Part shown: in pieces, positions 35,217 to 48,085 of the stretch
Layout: the number at the start of each line of letters is the position of its first letter
Position numbering within the stretch: the first letter of the stretch is position 1
DNA from: Gnetum montanum
Taxonomy: Eukaryota > Plantae > Gnetophyta
DNA length: 64,000 nucleotides
Direction of reading: 5' to 3'
Assembly: GCA_015680685.1 (NCBI GenBank)
Contig: MNCI01001543.1
Location: forward strand, 304,051-368,050
The notes under the pieces: generated by a model
What the model was told of the DNA's origin: nothing
What the model saw: the letters and a program-made list of their open reading frames with translations, nothing else
The model's database searches: none
Program-made: the position numbers and the translations under genes

Positions 35217-38200
35217 TCAAATGTAGTATGGCTTGAGGTATAAGTGGTTGACAGGATTTGCAAACTCATTGTCATCCATATCAGCCAGTTTGAATCTCCC
35301 ATTCTCATAGGCTTTTGTGACTATGAAAGGGCCTTCCCAGTTGGTTGAGGATTTGCTTACAGGCTCATGAACAACCTTGAGAACTAGATCCCCCTTTTTG
35401 ATCAATCATTGATGTAAGTTGTAGTGATGCTTCTGCCGTTGCTTATCTTGGTACCATTCAATGTGACCAAGTGTGCTCCTCCTCCATGAAGTCAAGATCA
35501 ATGATCCTTAACTCGTTGTTTTGAGCCTCGTCCACGACATTTAAAAGGATCATTCGAAGTAATGAAACCTGTAATTCAAGAGGTAACACCACTTCAGTTC
35601 CGTACACAAGATTGTATGGAGTCTTACCTATAGCTTTTCTACATCTCGTGTGGTAAGCCCAAAGCACGTAGACGATTTGCTCATGCCATCACTTCTTGCT
35701 ACTGCTAGGCATCTTTTTCAATAGGTTGATGATGAATTTGTTGGTTGCTTCTACTTGGCCATTCACCTAGGGATAGTATGGTGATGAGAAGTAGTGTTTA
35801 ATCCTAGGATTTTTGCAAAAGGTTTTGGTTTCTATGCTACTAAATTGCAGCACATTGTCAATCACAATAGTCATGGGAAGACCAAACTGTATCACTATGT
35901 TTTCTAGAATGAAGTGGCAAACCTGTTGGGATGTGGTCTTCTGAGGGGAATAGCCTCTACCCATTTTGTAAAGTATTTGGTTGTGGTAATAATGAAGCTA
36001 TGTCCTGTAGAAGACTTATGTGTGATGGATCCTATGATATTTAGTCCCCAATGTTGGAAGGGCCATGTGATCTAAGTGGTATGTAATTTAGTGGGTGACA
36101 CATGTATAAGGTTCTCATGTCATTGACATACATCACATGTTCTAACTTTGACACGACAATCACATTCTATGCAAGGCTAGTAGTAGCCTAAGCGTTTGAT
36201 TTTTGTTGCCATAGCCCTAGGAGCTGTGTGTCCTCCACACAATCCCTCATGGACTTCGTCAACAATATTTTGTGCCTTTTTCCCACTAATGCAAGCTAGC
36301 AATATCCCATCATAAGAGCATTTGCATAGAGTGTTGTTGTCTCCTACGAGGATGTATTGTCGGGCTCATTTTTGTATTGCATCTTTTTGAGCAAATGTCA
36401 AGCCATGTGGGGGTTCGCCATGTTGGAGGTATGCTTTGATGTTGTCATACCATTCTTGGGTATGTGTTGTACTTATAGATGCGATGCATGCTACTTGAGT
36501 AATAGGATCGGTGCATTCTATTATCGAAGTAGGCAAGGTAGAAAACTTGTGTAATGGCACATTTAAGGCTACCATGTCTAGCACATCAGCTACAGTGTTT
36601 TTGTTACGTGGCACATGTTGGATGTCCAAAGTTGTAAATTTCTTTAGTATAATTTTGGCTAAATCATGATAAGGTTGCAAATGTGGAGCCTTGCAAGCAT
36701 AAACTTCAGTGATTTGGTTGATAACTAGTTGCAAGTTGCCTCGAATTGCTAAGTGTTGGATCTTCAAATCTTGAGCTACTAGAAGGCCTTTGAGTCCTTC
36801 ATACTTGGCTATGTTGTTTGTGCAAAGGAATGTAAAATGATATGCGAAGGGTTGAATTTCCCTAGAGGGAAATGTAAGCACAGTGGAGGCGCTACCACCT
36901 CATGTGGTTGAAGCACCATCAAAATGTAAACTAGCCTCGAAATTTGATGGCATGGGGATTATGTTATTGACATGCTCATTTGGGAACTCGGGTTCTATTA
37001 TTGCTTGGTCATCAACAGGTGAAGTCGTAAGCTATGTGGCTATTTCTTGATCCTTTATAGATGATTGTGCCACATAATGTAGGTCGAACTCTGTAGTTAT
37101 GGCTTCCATCGGGCTATTCTACTACTCTCATATAAGTTGGTTGTAATAGCCCGAAGTATGTTACTTTTGCATATAATGTTAACTTTACTATGAAATAGGT
37201 AATGTCTTCACTTTTTAAGTGAGAACACTAGGGCAAGACAATTTTTCTCTACCTTGTTGTACTTTACTTCATAAGCTATTAATGCATGACTTAAGTAGTA
37301 GATTGGGATTTCAGACCCATCATCTCTCTTTTGACATAGCAGTGTAGCAATAGATGTATCCAAGGTGGCAAGGTAGATGTAGAAAGGCCTATCCCTCTAT
37401 GTTGGGTAAATCGTGGGGAGGTGTGAAAGCTCTTTCTTTAGGTCATCAAAGGCTTTCTAACATTGATCTATCCACTCAAAGTTGACTCCCTTCTTAAGAA
37501 GGTGTTGCATCGGGTGTAGTTTGTTGGTTAGCCTAGTAATGAATCTCCTTATGAACTATACCCTGCCATATAACCTATGCAACTCCTTAAGGTTTGTAGG
37601 CGGTGCCAAGTTAATGATAGCTTTAAATTTATTGGGGTCTACACGTATCCCCATTTTCGACACTACAAAGCCAAACATGCATTCGATTTTTACTCTAAAA
37701 ACATATTTTCTAGGGTTGAGATGCAGGTCATGCCTATGACAATGTTGGAGGACTAAGTTTAGATTGTTGGAATGATTAGTAGCTTCCTTAGACCTAACTT
37801 CTATGTCATCAACATAATCATTTATCCTTTCCAAGAGGTAATCGCTAAAGATGTATGTCATTACTCATTGATACGTTGCTCCAGCATTCTTCAGCCCAAA
37901 GGGCATCATTGTGTAACAAAAAGTTCCCCAAGGGGTCATAAAAGTAGTTTCCAATTGATGCTATGGATTTATATAGATTTGATTATAGCCTGAGAACCCA
38001 TCCATGAAGGACAATAAGGCATGACCAGCTGTAGTGTCAATAAGTTGATCGAGACTTGGCAATTTGAAGTCATCCTTAATTGTCATCCTATTCAAATCCT
38101 AGAATTCTATACAAATTCGTATACTTCTAGTCTTCTTGGGTACGACTACAATGTTGGAGATCCAATTTGAGTAATCGACTACTCGAATGAAACCAGCTTG

Positions 38201-38679
38201 ATAAAGTTTGGTAATTTCATCACGTATAGCTAAGGCGATGTCTGGTTTGATTTTGCGGCCTTTTGTTTAACTACCTTGACACATGGATCTAGGATAATAT
38301 TGTGTTGTACAAGCTGTGGGTCCAAGCCTAGCATGTCTTTATATGACCACACAAACACTTTGGAATTGTTATTAAGGACTTGTGAGATGTTTTGTTGCAC
38401 CTGTGGATCTAGTAGGGAGCTAACTTTTAAGGTTTTTGCCTCACTTTTAGACATAGTTATAGGGATTTCAATAAGAGGGTCCTCAGTTACATCCCTGACC
38501 GCTAAATCTAGGTCCTCGACTAGGTGTTTGGGCTAGTCCAGGGGTGTTTGTAAGGATGCTATGTAAGTGTCACAAGAGAATGATTCAAATTCTACCAACT
38601 CTAGATTCAAGCATCTTGTAAATCTACCATGGGGACCCATTAGGATCAAAGGCGAATGAAGATCATCATGCATAGCCAT
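35217..38679 (-). pseudogene. pol: RT-RH-aRH-INT of element C, disrupted
   Basis: YVDD, CTNNIAKYEGL, RGNLQL, FSSPYYP, WEGPF and LKPYYI* fragments. Confidence 0.95.
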
Positions 38680-38788
38680 TTTTCAATTGAACTTGCCACA
38701 ATAAGCAAATAGACCAAGTCAAGTGATACCTGCTTGAGACAACAACATGTAATGAACATGTGTAAAGCAACGATGCAACATAAGAAAA

Positions 38789-39232
38789 TTGCTAGTTTAA
38801 GGTCTTAGCAGACCGCAACTATGCAAAATTTGTAAATTGAAGTTGCCAATTTAAGGTCATGGTGAACTATCATTGGGTTTAAAAAATGTAAAGTGAATGC
38901 TAAAATTGCCAGTTTAAGGTCGTAGTGGGCTACAACTGGGTTTGAAATGTAAAGGAAACGCTAAAATTGCTAGTTTAAGGTCATAGTGGACCCCAACCAG
39001 GTAATGTTGTAATTTGGAATTGCTAGTTTAAGGTCTTAGCAGACCGTCAATAGGTTTAAAATGTAAAGGATATGTTAAGATTGCCAGTTTAGGGTTGTAG
39101 AGGGCCATCAATGGGTTCAAAATGTAATAGGGATGTTAAAATTGCTAGTTTAAGGTCGTAGTGGACCATCAATGGGTTCAAAATGTAATAGGGATGTTAA
39201 AATTGCCAATTTAAGGTCATAGAGGACCGTGA
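38789..39232. repeat. Pre-RT tandem array (~55-60 bp units), element C
   Basis: Eight units of the form attgc(t/c)agtttaaggtc-N6-gacc...aaaatgtaa. Confidence 0.9.
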
Positions 39233-39598
39233 TAATGCAAAATCATAAAAATGAAGTAAAAATTTTAATGCCTCTGTATGGTATGTTGTACCTACGTGCT
39301 ACGTTGTAGTAGACCCATGCTACATTGTAGGGGATGTGAATGTCCCCTGCTACGCTACAGTAGACAAGGGTGCCACATGTCATGCATGTGATGCGAAATG
39401 TTCCATGTTACACGTGGGAGATGAAAGTAACAAGTGTTTTGACCCCATAGGCTATAAATACGAGGTTACCCCATGATAATTTGGTTACTTTCACTGTCAA
39501 AGGCTACACCCCACACCCAGAGCATATCGCAATTGAGCCGAGAGATAGCATAGCGGTCATAGTGTAGCAGTTGATACACCCGAGTTTGTGAGCAGGCA

Positions 39599-39717
39599 AT
39601 GGCACGTAAGAGTGAGCACAGGCATTAGGGGCTTGCCAACCTAGAAAAAGGGGGATGTACCCTACGAAATCTCCCTAAGGCATGTATTGAGGAGTGGTAG
39701 GAGGCTCCATCTGCCTG
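39599..39717 (+). pseudogene. Exon 1 of the antisense gene, element C copy
   Basis: MARKSEHRH*GLANLEKGGCTLRNLPKACIEEW*EAPSA(W); 119 nt with a phase-2 GTAAGT donor; TATAAATA at 39453. Confidence 0.75.
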
Positions 39718-42502
39718 GTAAGTCGCTACGCTACCCTCACTTTTGTTGTGTAATTTATCAAGTTAGATTGCCATTTTCGTTACCATTTTGGTTGTCACTG
39801 TGGCTACGCTATGACTATTGGTATTGCTTTTGTTTCCATTTTGGTCACTACGTTGTGGTTGTCACCACTCTAGCCACAGCGGCTGTGGCAGTCACTACAC
39901 TATGGCTGCACGTAGCACCACCTTAACCACTATTGTTGGAGGTGGCCATTGTGCTATTGCAAGGGTTTGGAGGGTTTTGGGTAGTGTAGCGCATGCTCAA
40001 CATAGTGTACTACCCCTAGAGGGGATTTTTTCTGCCAAGTTTTTATGCAGTGTAGCATATGTCTAATGTAGCGTAGCATGTGGAGGGGGAGTTTTCCTTT
40101 TCTCTATGTTTTACTTGGCCACATTTCATGCGGTGGGGCAGGGCCAAGATAACAGGAATGTTGTGTGTATTTTTTCAAAGCCAAGTTATTTTGACATTGT
40201 GACTTACTATGTTACGTTTTTTGTTGTTGTTACACTACACTACTATATTTCCATGGTTGCCATGCTGCTACGCTGGTAGGCTCGCTACGCTACACTAGTG
40301 GACCTGCTATACTGTTGAAACTATTACTCGGCTACCCGTGTTAGTGTTTTACTTGCCATGTTGTCATGCTTGTCATATTGCTATGTTTTGTACTTGTTAC
40401 ACTATCACACTTATTATATTGTTGCTTTTGTCATTTCTACGTTGTGGATGTTCAGCTTGGTTGGCCTTGATCTAACATGGTTCTGGAGAACTTTGATTGG
40501 TATACTGGGTGTACACATTGTACATGTTGGGCGTATACGCTAGGCGTACACGCTGTTCGTCTACGCTAGGTGTGCAGGATGCACACGCTGGGCATATACG
40601 CTAAGCGTCTACACTGGGCATGCAGGATGCACATGCTAGGCATATACGTTGGGTGTATATGTTGAGCGTCTACGCTGGGCATGCAGGATGCACATGCTGG
40701 GTGTATACGTTGGGCATATATGCTGAGCGTCTACACTGGGCATGCAGGATGCACATGCCTAGCATATGAACTCCAAAGTACATGATGTCGAGACCAAAAT
40801 TCATCTTTCTGGGGCTCATGATGACACTTGATAATTGCTCTATTCCTGTGAGTTGATGCTTTGTACAGGATCTTTCTCTAAAGTGCAGTTTCCATGCCGT
40901 CTTTGGGATTGCATGTTGGACGTACACACTGGGCGTATACGCTGGGAATGTATGCTGGGCATCTACACTGGGAGTGTATGCTGGGCATATATGTTGGGAA
41001 TATACACTAGTCGTATACGTTGCATACTGCCTACTTAGTGAGAACTAAGTATCTTGAGCTCCAAAGTTGCCATGTTTGATACCGGATGTCGCCATGGTCG
41101 TCTGTGGATCCCAGGGAGCTGCTTCTTGTTGAGTTCGACTCTGCTTGAAGCTATCTGTGGGGCCCTCGAGCTTTAGTCATGCTGGGGAGTGTCATGAATT
41201 AGCTCGATTCTTGTTGGAGAAGTACTAAGCTTAGAATTTTATGGTGTTTCATGGGCTCCTCTTTGTTGACACTTGGAGGAATCGACCCGAGAAGCGTCGA
41301 CAAAGAAGTATAAAACACCACAAGCAGCTTGATGGAGACATTGTCCTTTGGCACGGGGCTAGATTTCATCATACCATGTTCAATAGTACATAGGATTGGG
41401 GAAATGAAATTTGTATTGGATAAGGAAATGGAAATTGTAGGGATTGGTAGTCGCTCAAGGGCTTATGCGTGGTGAAGAGGATGTCCAGGTATGTGTGCAG
41501 GTCATGCTTATCTTTGTCAATAGCTATTGTTTAGCCATTTTTTAGTGGATTTGGAATCAAAAAATGATGTGTACATCCTTTGGTGGCACAAGACTCTTGT
41601 TTGGTGTTTAAAAGGACTTGTTGACACAACCAAAGCCACGTGATGATGTGTTATGATTTTTGGAGGAACAGGGCCTTTGTTTGGTGTTTCGAGGGAACCT
41701 GTTGGCGGAGAGCCAAAGCCATGCAATGAGGTGTTACTTGATCATTTCAAGAAAATTGCCTTCCTGCCAAGGGCTTGTATGGAAAGGGCCGACGTCTCTC
41801 TTTTTTTATGCACATGCTCAGATGCCATGTTGTGGGTTGCAACTGCTTAAGAGTGGTGTAGTGTGTGATAGTGTGTTCAGTGTTTCAGGTTGTACTCGAT
41901 GTATCCAAGATGGAACTAAGTGGAAGATGTTGAGGGATAGGTGGGATATGTAATGGGAGATGTACCAGCAAATGGCTTGATTAGTCTTGTCACGTGCGTT
42001 GTGAACAATGTCTCACCTTGCTGCTGTGACGAAGTGCATTCTTGTACGATCACCTCCAAGTGTCATCCTGTAAACAAATCTCCAGGAAGACAAGAAAATC
42101 ATGAGTGAGTAAGCAAGCTTAGACTTGAAAAGAAACTGATGAAATTAAGGCAACAGATGAAATTTTAGGCACTGTATAATAATAGCAGCAATGTTGTCAA
42201 GATTGGATGATGGCGAGCGACGCAGCGGCTCTGATGAAGTTTGAATGCAGCCATAGATTGGGAGACTAGAGATGAAGCTACCAGTTTATAGTCGTAGCGG
42301 ACTATCATGGGTTAGTTTTATGTCATGACCCATTGGACATTGCTGGTTTAGCATCGTGGTGGATGGCACATTGCTAGTTTCTAGTCTTGGCGGACCGTGA
42401 AGAGGCAAACCAGTTTATAGTCTTAGCAGACTCTGGCGAATGGGACTGTGGTAGTTTAATGTCGTACCGGATAGGTGCTAGTTTATTGTCATTGTGGAAA
42501 TT

Positions 42503-42761
42503 CTGTGGTATCAGTTTACCATCATGATGCCAGGACGAGCTGTGGTATCAATTTAGCCTCATGATGCCAGGACGAGCTGTGGTATCAGTTTACTGTCATG
42601 ATGCCAGGACGAACTGTGGTATCAGTTTACCGTCATGATGCCAGGACGAACTGTGGTATCAATTTACCTTCATGATGCCAGGATGAGCTGTGGTATCAGT
42701 TTACCGTCATGATGCCAGGACGAGCTATGGTATCAGTTTACCATCTTGATGCCAGGATGAA
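42503..42761. repeat. Seven 37-bp tandem units after INT (element D)
   Basis: ctgtggtatcagtttaccgtcatgatgccaggacga(g/a) x7; more diverged units extend left to ~42280. Confidence 0.95.
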
Positions 42762-42780
42762 CGCGTACCTGAATCTATGC

Positions 42781-45700
42781 TTAAACGTGAAATGGTTTCA
42801 AGAACAAATGATTGGTCGGATTTGCAAGCTCATTCCCTTCCATGTCAGCTAACTTGAATGCTCCATTGTCGTACGCTTTGGTGACCAAGTAGGATCCTTC
42901 CCAATTGGCTGAGAATTTTTCTGGGTGTTCCCGAACGGCTTTGAGTACAAGGTCGCCTTCCTTGATGGGGCGCTTATGAACATCATGTTGATGGTGTTGT
43001 CGTTGTCATTTTTGATACCACTCAATCTGATCAAGTGCACGTATACATTCCTCCTCCACTGAGTCCAAGTCAATAATGCGTAGGTCATTGTTTTGCCCTT
43101 CGTCGAGGAGTCCAGAGAGTGTGATCCTTAGAGACAGTACCTGTAACTCCAAGGGTAAAATAGTTTTCAAACCATAAACAAGACTATATGGTGTGTTACC
43201 TGTGGAGGTCCAATGTGTAGTATGATAAGCCCACAGTGCGTATACTAGCTGTTCGTGCCATCTTTTCTTGCTTCGGGTAAGCATCTTTTTAAGTATTGTA
43301 ATGATGGTTTTATTTGTGGCTTCAGCTTGTCCATTTCTCTAAGGGTAGTAAGGGGATGAAAATGAATGTTTGATCCCTAGGCTTTCACAGAAAGTTCTGG
43401 TTTCGGCATTGCTGAATTGTGGCCTGTTATCAGTGATGAGGGTCATGGGGATGCCAAAATGGGTCACAATGTTTTCAAGAATGAAGTTCCATATGTGTTT
43501 GGATGTGTTTTTTCTAAGGAGAATAGCTTCTACCCACTTCGTGAAATACTCTGTCATGGTTATGATGAAGCTATGCCCTGCAGAAGATGAGGGTGTTATT
43601 GGTCCGATAAGGTCCAACCCCCACTTTTGAAAGGGCCAGGTGATTTGCGTTGTATGCAACTCATTTGGTGGAACATGTATCATAATGCTATGTTTTTGAT
43701 AGATACTGCACGTTTTGGCCTTGGAGAGATAGTCATACTCCATGTGTGGCCAATAATAGCTCAAACGTCTTATTTTCGTTGCCATTGCTTTAGGTGCTAT
43801 GTGCCCTCCGCATAATCCATCATGTACTTGCTCGACAATTGTTTGGGCATCAGTGCTACTAATGCATGTTAATAGTATGCCTTCGTAGGATTGATGATAC
43901 AATGTGTCCCCTATCAATGCATATTTTTGAGAATGTTTTCGAACTGCATCCTTTTGTGCATTTGTTAGGTGTTGCTGTGTTTCACCGTGTAGAAGGTACT
44001 CTTTTATGTCATAATACCATTCTATTGCATGTGTTGTACTAATGGCTGCGATCGGTAATTCATTGAGAGTATCAGTTATGGGTTTAGCACAACTGATTAT
44101 AGAGCTTGGCAACATACGGAACATGTTAGGCGATATGTTTAGAGCTAGTGTGGCAAGTGCATCTACAATGGTGTTATCGTTTCTGGAGACATGTTGCACA
44201 TCCATGTTTTTAAATTGCTTCAGTAAGTGTTTGGCTAAGTCACAGTATGGTTGTAAATGTTGCGTTTTGCATGTATAAATGTCTGTGACTTGTTTAAAAT
44301 CAGTTGTGAGTCTCCCCTGACCACAAGTCGTGTGATGTTGGAAGCTAATGCTGCCATAAGGCCCCTAAGGAGACCTTCGTATTCTGCTATGTTGTTGGTA
44401 CAATGAAAGTTGAAGCCGTAAGCAAAGGGTCAGATCTCCCTAGAGAGATAGGTGATGATGGCGGAATCACTTCCCCCTCGAGAGGTGGATGCTCCATCAA
44501 TGTTCAAAATGGCTTCGTACCCATCGGGAACTATGTCTATCGTGCTCACGTTTTCGTCTGGAAACTCTGGCTCTATTGTTGCTTGATCATGTGTTGGTGA
44601 TGTAGTCAGTTGGTTTGTTATGGTTTGACCCTTGATTGATGATTGCGTTATGTAATGTAGGTCGAATTTAGCTATTATGGCTTTCCACCGCGCTATTCTA
44701 CTTGACTCATAAATGTTACTGGTGATGGCCCTGAGCACATTAGCTTTACAGATTATGTTGTTTTGGTTATGGAAGAGGTAATGTTGCCATTTCTTTAGGG
44801 AAAAGACAAGGGATAAACATGACCTCTCCACCTTGTTGTACTTCTCCTTGTGGGCCACCAATGCATGACTCAAATAATAAACAAGAACTTCAGTCCCATC
44901 GTCTCATTTCTGGCAAAGCATAGAAGTGATGGATGAATCAGACGTGGTGAGGTAGATGTAGAAGGGTTTATTGTTCTATGGAGGGTACACTATTGGTAGT
45001 TGAGCCAGTGTTGTTTTAATGTGGTCGAAGGCTTCCTGGCATTGTGGAGTCTATTCAAAATGGACATTCTTTCGTAACAAGTGGTTCATGGGTTTTAACT
45101 TGTCTCTCAGTTTTTCTATGAAACGCTTGATGAACTGTAATCTACCTTATAGACCTCGAAGTTTAGTAATGTTGCTTGGTGATTTTAGATTGATGGCAGC
45201 TTTAACCTTATCTGGGTCCACTCGTATTCCTGTTTCTGATACTACAAAGCCTAGCATATTGCCTGTTTTTACTTTGAAAATACATTTCTTTGGGTTGAGC
45301 CTAAATTTGTATTTTAAGAAACGTTTTAGGATCAAATCTAAATATTGGACGTGTTGCTCTGGTGTTTTCGATTTAATTGCGATGTCATCTACATAATCAT
45401 TGAGCGAATGAAGTCTGTAATCGCTGAAAATAAATGTCATTGCCCTTTGATATGTGGCCCTAGCGTTCTTGAGACCGAATGACATCATCGTGTAATAGAA
45501 GGTTCCCCATGGTGTCATAAAGGTAGTCCGGAGCTGATGCTCTGGGTTAATGCATATCTGGTTATATCCTAAGAAGCCATCCATAAAAGATAACAAGGCA
45601 TGCCCAGCGGTTGAGTCAACAAGTTGATCGATGCTGGGTAGGGGGAAATCATCTTTTATGGTTGCAACGTTGAGGTCCCGGAAGTCAATGCATAGGAGAA

Positions 45701-46256
45701 TGCTTCCGTTCTTCTTCGGGACAATGACCATGTTGGATACCCAATCAGCGTAGTCAACAGCCCGAATGAAACCTGCCTGATAGATTTTGGTGATCTCATT
45801 GCGAACTGCCAACGCTACCTCAGGCTTAACCTTTCGTGCCTTTTGTTTCACTGGCCTTAATTTTGGATCGAGTATAATATTGTGCTGGACGATTCGAGGA
45901 TCTAACCCAAGCATGTCAGTATAAGACCAAGCGAATGCTTTTATGTTGTCTCAAAGTACATGTTCTATGTCTCTGGCTAGTTGAGGTTGCAATAGTGTAC
46001 TCAATTTTAATATCTTGATTTCACCATCAGGCATAGCGATGGGGGTTTCAGTCAAAGGGTATTTAGTGATGCTATCAGCTTCTATGTCGAGGGATTTTGT
46101 CATACCTTTGTAGCTGTCTAACATTTGTTGTGTTAAGGCTATGACCATGTCGTCCGTTGATGGACCTAAGTTGATGGAATTTATGTGGATTTCTTTTGTG
46201 ATCTTTCCGTATGGTCCATCGATGGTCAATGGTGTGAATAGATGCTGGTAATCCAT
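42781..46256 (-). pseudogene. pol: RT-RH-aRH-INT of element D (least decayed pol copy)
   Basis: 255-aa RT ORF (45147-45914), aRH NIDGAS motif and a 288-aa aRH-INT ORF (43339-44205). Confidence 0.96.
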
Positions 46257-46377
46257 CAGGCTTTCTCCTACCAATAAACAGAGGGTAGAGTGAGCTAGTA
46301 GTGGTTGTTACGTGTCCCTAGGCAACATAAATCATGTGTACGTATACGGTGGTGGTTTATCATCGTACCTGGACGCA

Positions 46378-46497
46378 TGGCAGTTTGAGACCTTACCGGG
46401 CCGAATGTGGCAATTTAAGGCCTTATCAGGCCGAATGTGGTAGTTTAAGGCCTTACCGGGCCGAATGTGGCAGTTTAAGGCCTTACCGGGCCGATTC
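46378..46497. repeat. Four 30-bp tandem units upstream of RT (element D)
   Basis: tggcagtttaaggccttaccgggccgaatg x4. Confidence 0.93.
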
Positions 46498-47468
46498 CTG
46501 TAATTTGATGATGCCTAGTTGATGTATGATTTGTACTGAAGAGTTTGTGCCAAAATGTTCAGTGTGGGCAAACGAAATTGGTTTACCAGGGAATATGATA
46601 TGTGGTAGTGTTCATTATCTCATCATTTTGTTTTGCATTTTCCCCCTACTTTGTACTTTGAACAATTTTTAACTAAAATTAATAAAATATTAATAAAATA
46701 TCAAAGGCGGCGGCGATGGCGGTGGGGTCAACTTGGTGCTATATATATGGTGGCGGGCGTGAGCATGAACCTATCAGTTATCAAGGGCAACGGGAAACTA
46801 AGTTGCAGCGTGAGCGTAAACCTAAGTCGCAGCCTGGGCGTGCAAGATGCACATACTGGGTGTATACACTGAGTGTTTATGTTGGGCGTATATGCTTAAC
46901 GTCTACGCTGGGCGTGCAGGATGCACATGCTAGGCGTATACGTTGAGCATCTACGCTGGGCGTGCAGGATGCACATGCCCAGCGTATGAACTTCAAAGTA
47001 CATGATGAGACCAAAATTCATCTTTCTGGAGCTCATGATGACACCTGATAATTTCTCTATTCCTGTTAGTTGATGCTTTGAATAGGATCTTGCTTTGAAG
47101 TGCAGTTTCCATGCCGTCTTTGGGATTGCATGTTGGGCGTACACACTGGGTGTATATGCTGGGAATGTATGCTGGGCTTATACGCTGGGAGTGTATGCTA
47201 GGCGTATACGCTGGGAATATACGTTGGGCATATATGCTGCATACTGCCTACTTAGTGTGAACTGAGTATCTTGAGCTCCGAAGTTGCCATGTTTGATACC
47301 GGATGTCGCCGTGGTCATCTATGGGTCCCAAGGAGCTGCTTCTTATTGAGTTCAACTCTTCTTGAAGCTGTCTGTGGGGCCCTCAAGCTTTAGTCATGCT
47401 GGGGAGCATCATGACTTAGCTCGATTCTTGTTGGAGAAGTAATAAGCTCATAATTTTGTCGTGTTTCA

Positions 47469-47995
47469 ATTGCAGCATTCACTTAGTTTAATTATTTAAT
47501 TGTTATTGTTATTCACTGCTTTCCTAGTTAATCTCTCTTACCCTTAAACTCCTGTTAAGTGTGGAATGAGTACGACTTGATTACGAGCATTTAAGTGTGA
47601 CTACTTGGTAACCCAGTAGCGTACCTAGGATCTGCGCTTGGTAATCCTAGTGGTAGTTGTGCACAAAGTCCAAGATGTGTATGGATAATCAAGGAACGGA
47701 TGCTCATCGCACTTAGGCTAGTTTAGATTCTCTCATCCTTTCTCTCTTAGCTTAGATAATATTACCTTCCATTGCCATTAGGAGTAGCATTAGATTAGAA
47801 ACCCATCATACACCTCACTTTGGACTAAACCATATGTGATAAAGCTAATACTAGTCCAGGTGGGAAGATAACAAACTATGACCTAAGGCTAATTCTCTAG
47901 ATCCCACAACTAGTCCATCTATGGAGTTCGACCGGATCGCGCATGTAACGCTCGTATTCGTATGGTTGAGTGTAGGGGTACCTCGTTACTCATCA
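47469..47995 (+). repeat. 3' part of an Athila-like family LTR, target of element D
   Basis: Ends gtatggttgagtgtaggggtacctcgttactcatca, a reverse-complement homolog of 22177 onward. No PBS follows. Confidence 0.7.
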
Positions 47996-48085
47996 AATGT
48001 CAATTAGAATGTTGGAGGCCTTGATGTCCTTATAGATGAGGGGTGAGGACACATCTTGATGAAGGTACTCAATGCTACAAGTGGC
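47996..48085 (-). pseudogene. Receptor-like kinase fragment (subdomain VIa-VIb)
   Basis: ATCSIEYLHQDVSSPLIYKDIKASNILID matches the RLK/Pelle pattern ARGLEYLHE..PPIIHRDIKASNILLD. Confidence 0.75.

Larger units (their letters stand above)
31047..40490 (-). mobile_element. Element C: 3' LTR, 3' region, pol and start of the antisense gene; 5' half missing
   Basis: LTR 31047-33445 with adjacent PPT, pol 35217-38679, motif arrays and antisense exon 1. Confidence 0.88.
40495..47468 (-). mobile_element. Element D: diverged subfamily with two partial LTRs and pol only (gag-PR and antisense gene absent)
   Basis: Highly similar direct repeats ~40495-41251 (next to PPT) and ~46833-47468, both ending gtgtttca; pol lies between them. 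Confidence 0.85.

Noticed and set aside
38789-39232. Repeat-spacer look suggesting a CRISPR array (also 59203-59502)
   Set aside because: The 'spacers' are homologous to each other, the repeats are degenerate, there are no cas genes, and the context is a plant retroelement.
42503-42761. TGGTATCAG in each 37-bp unit resembles a tRNA-iMet PBS
   Set aside because: Only 9 nt match, on the strand opposite the element and not next to an LTR end.
40670-47144. Similar ORFs 40670-40927 and 46896-47144
   Set aside because: They lie in the two LTR copies of D and run through iterated motifs, so the similarity reflects LTR duplication.
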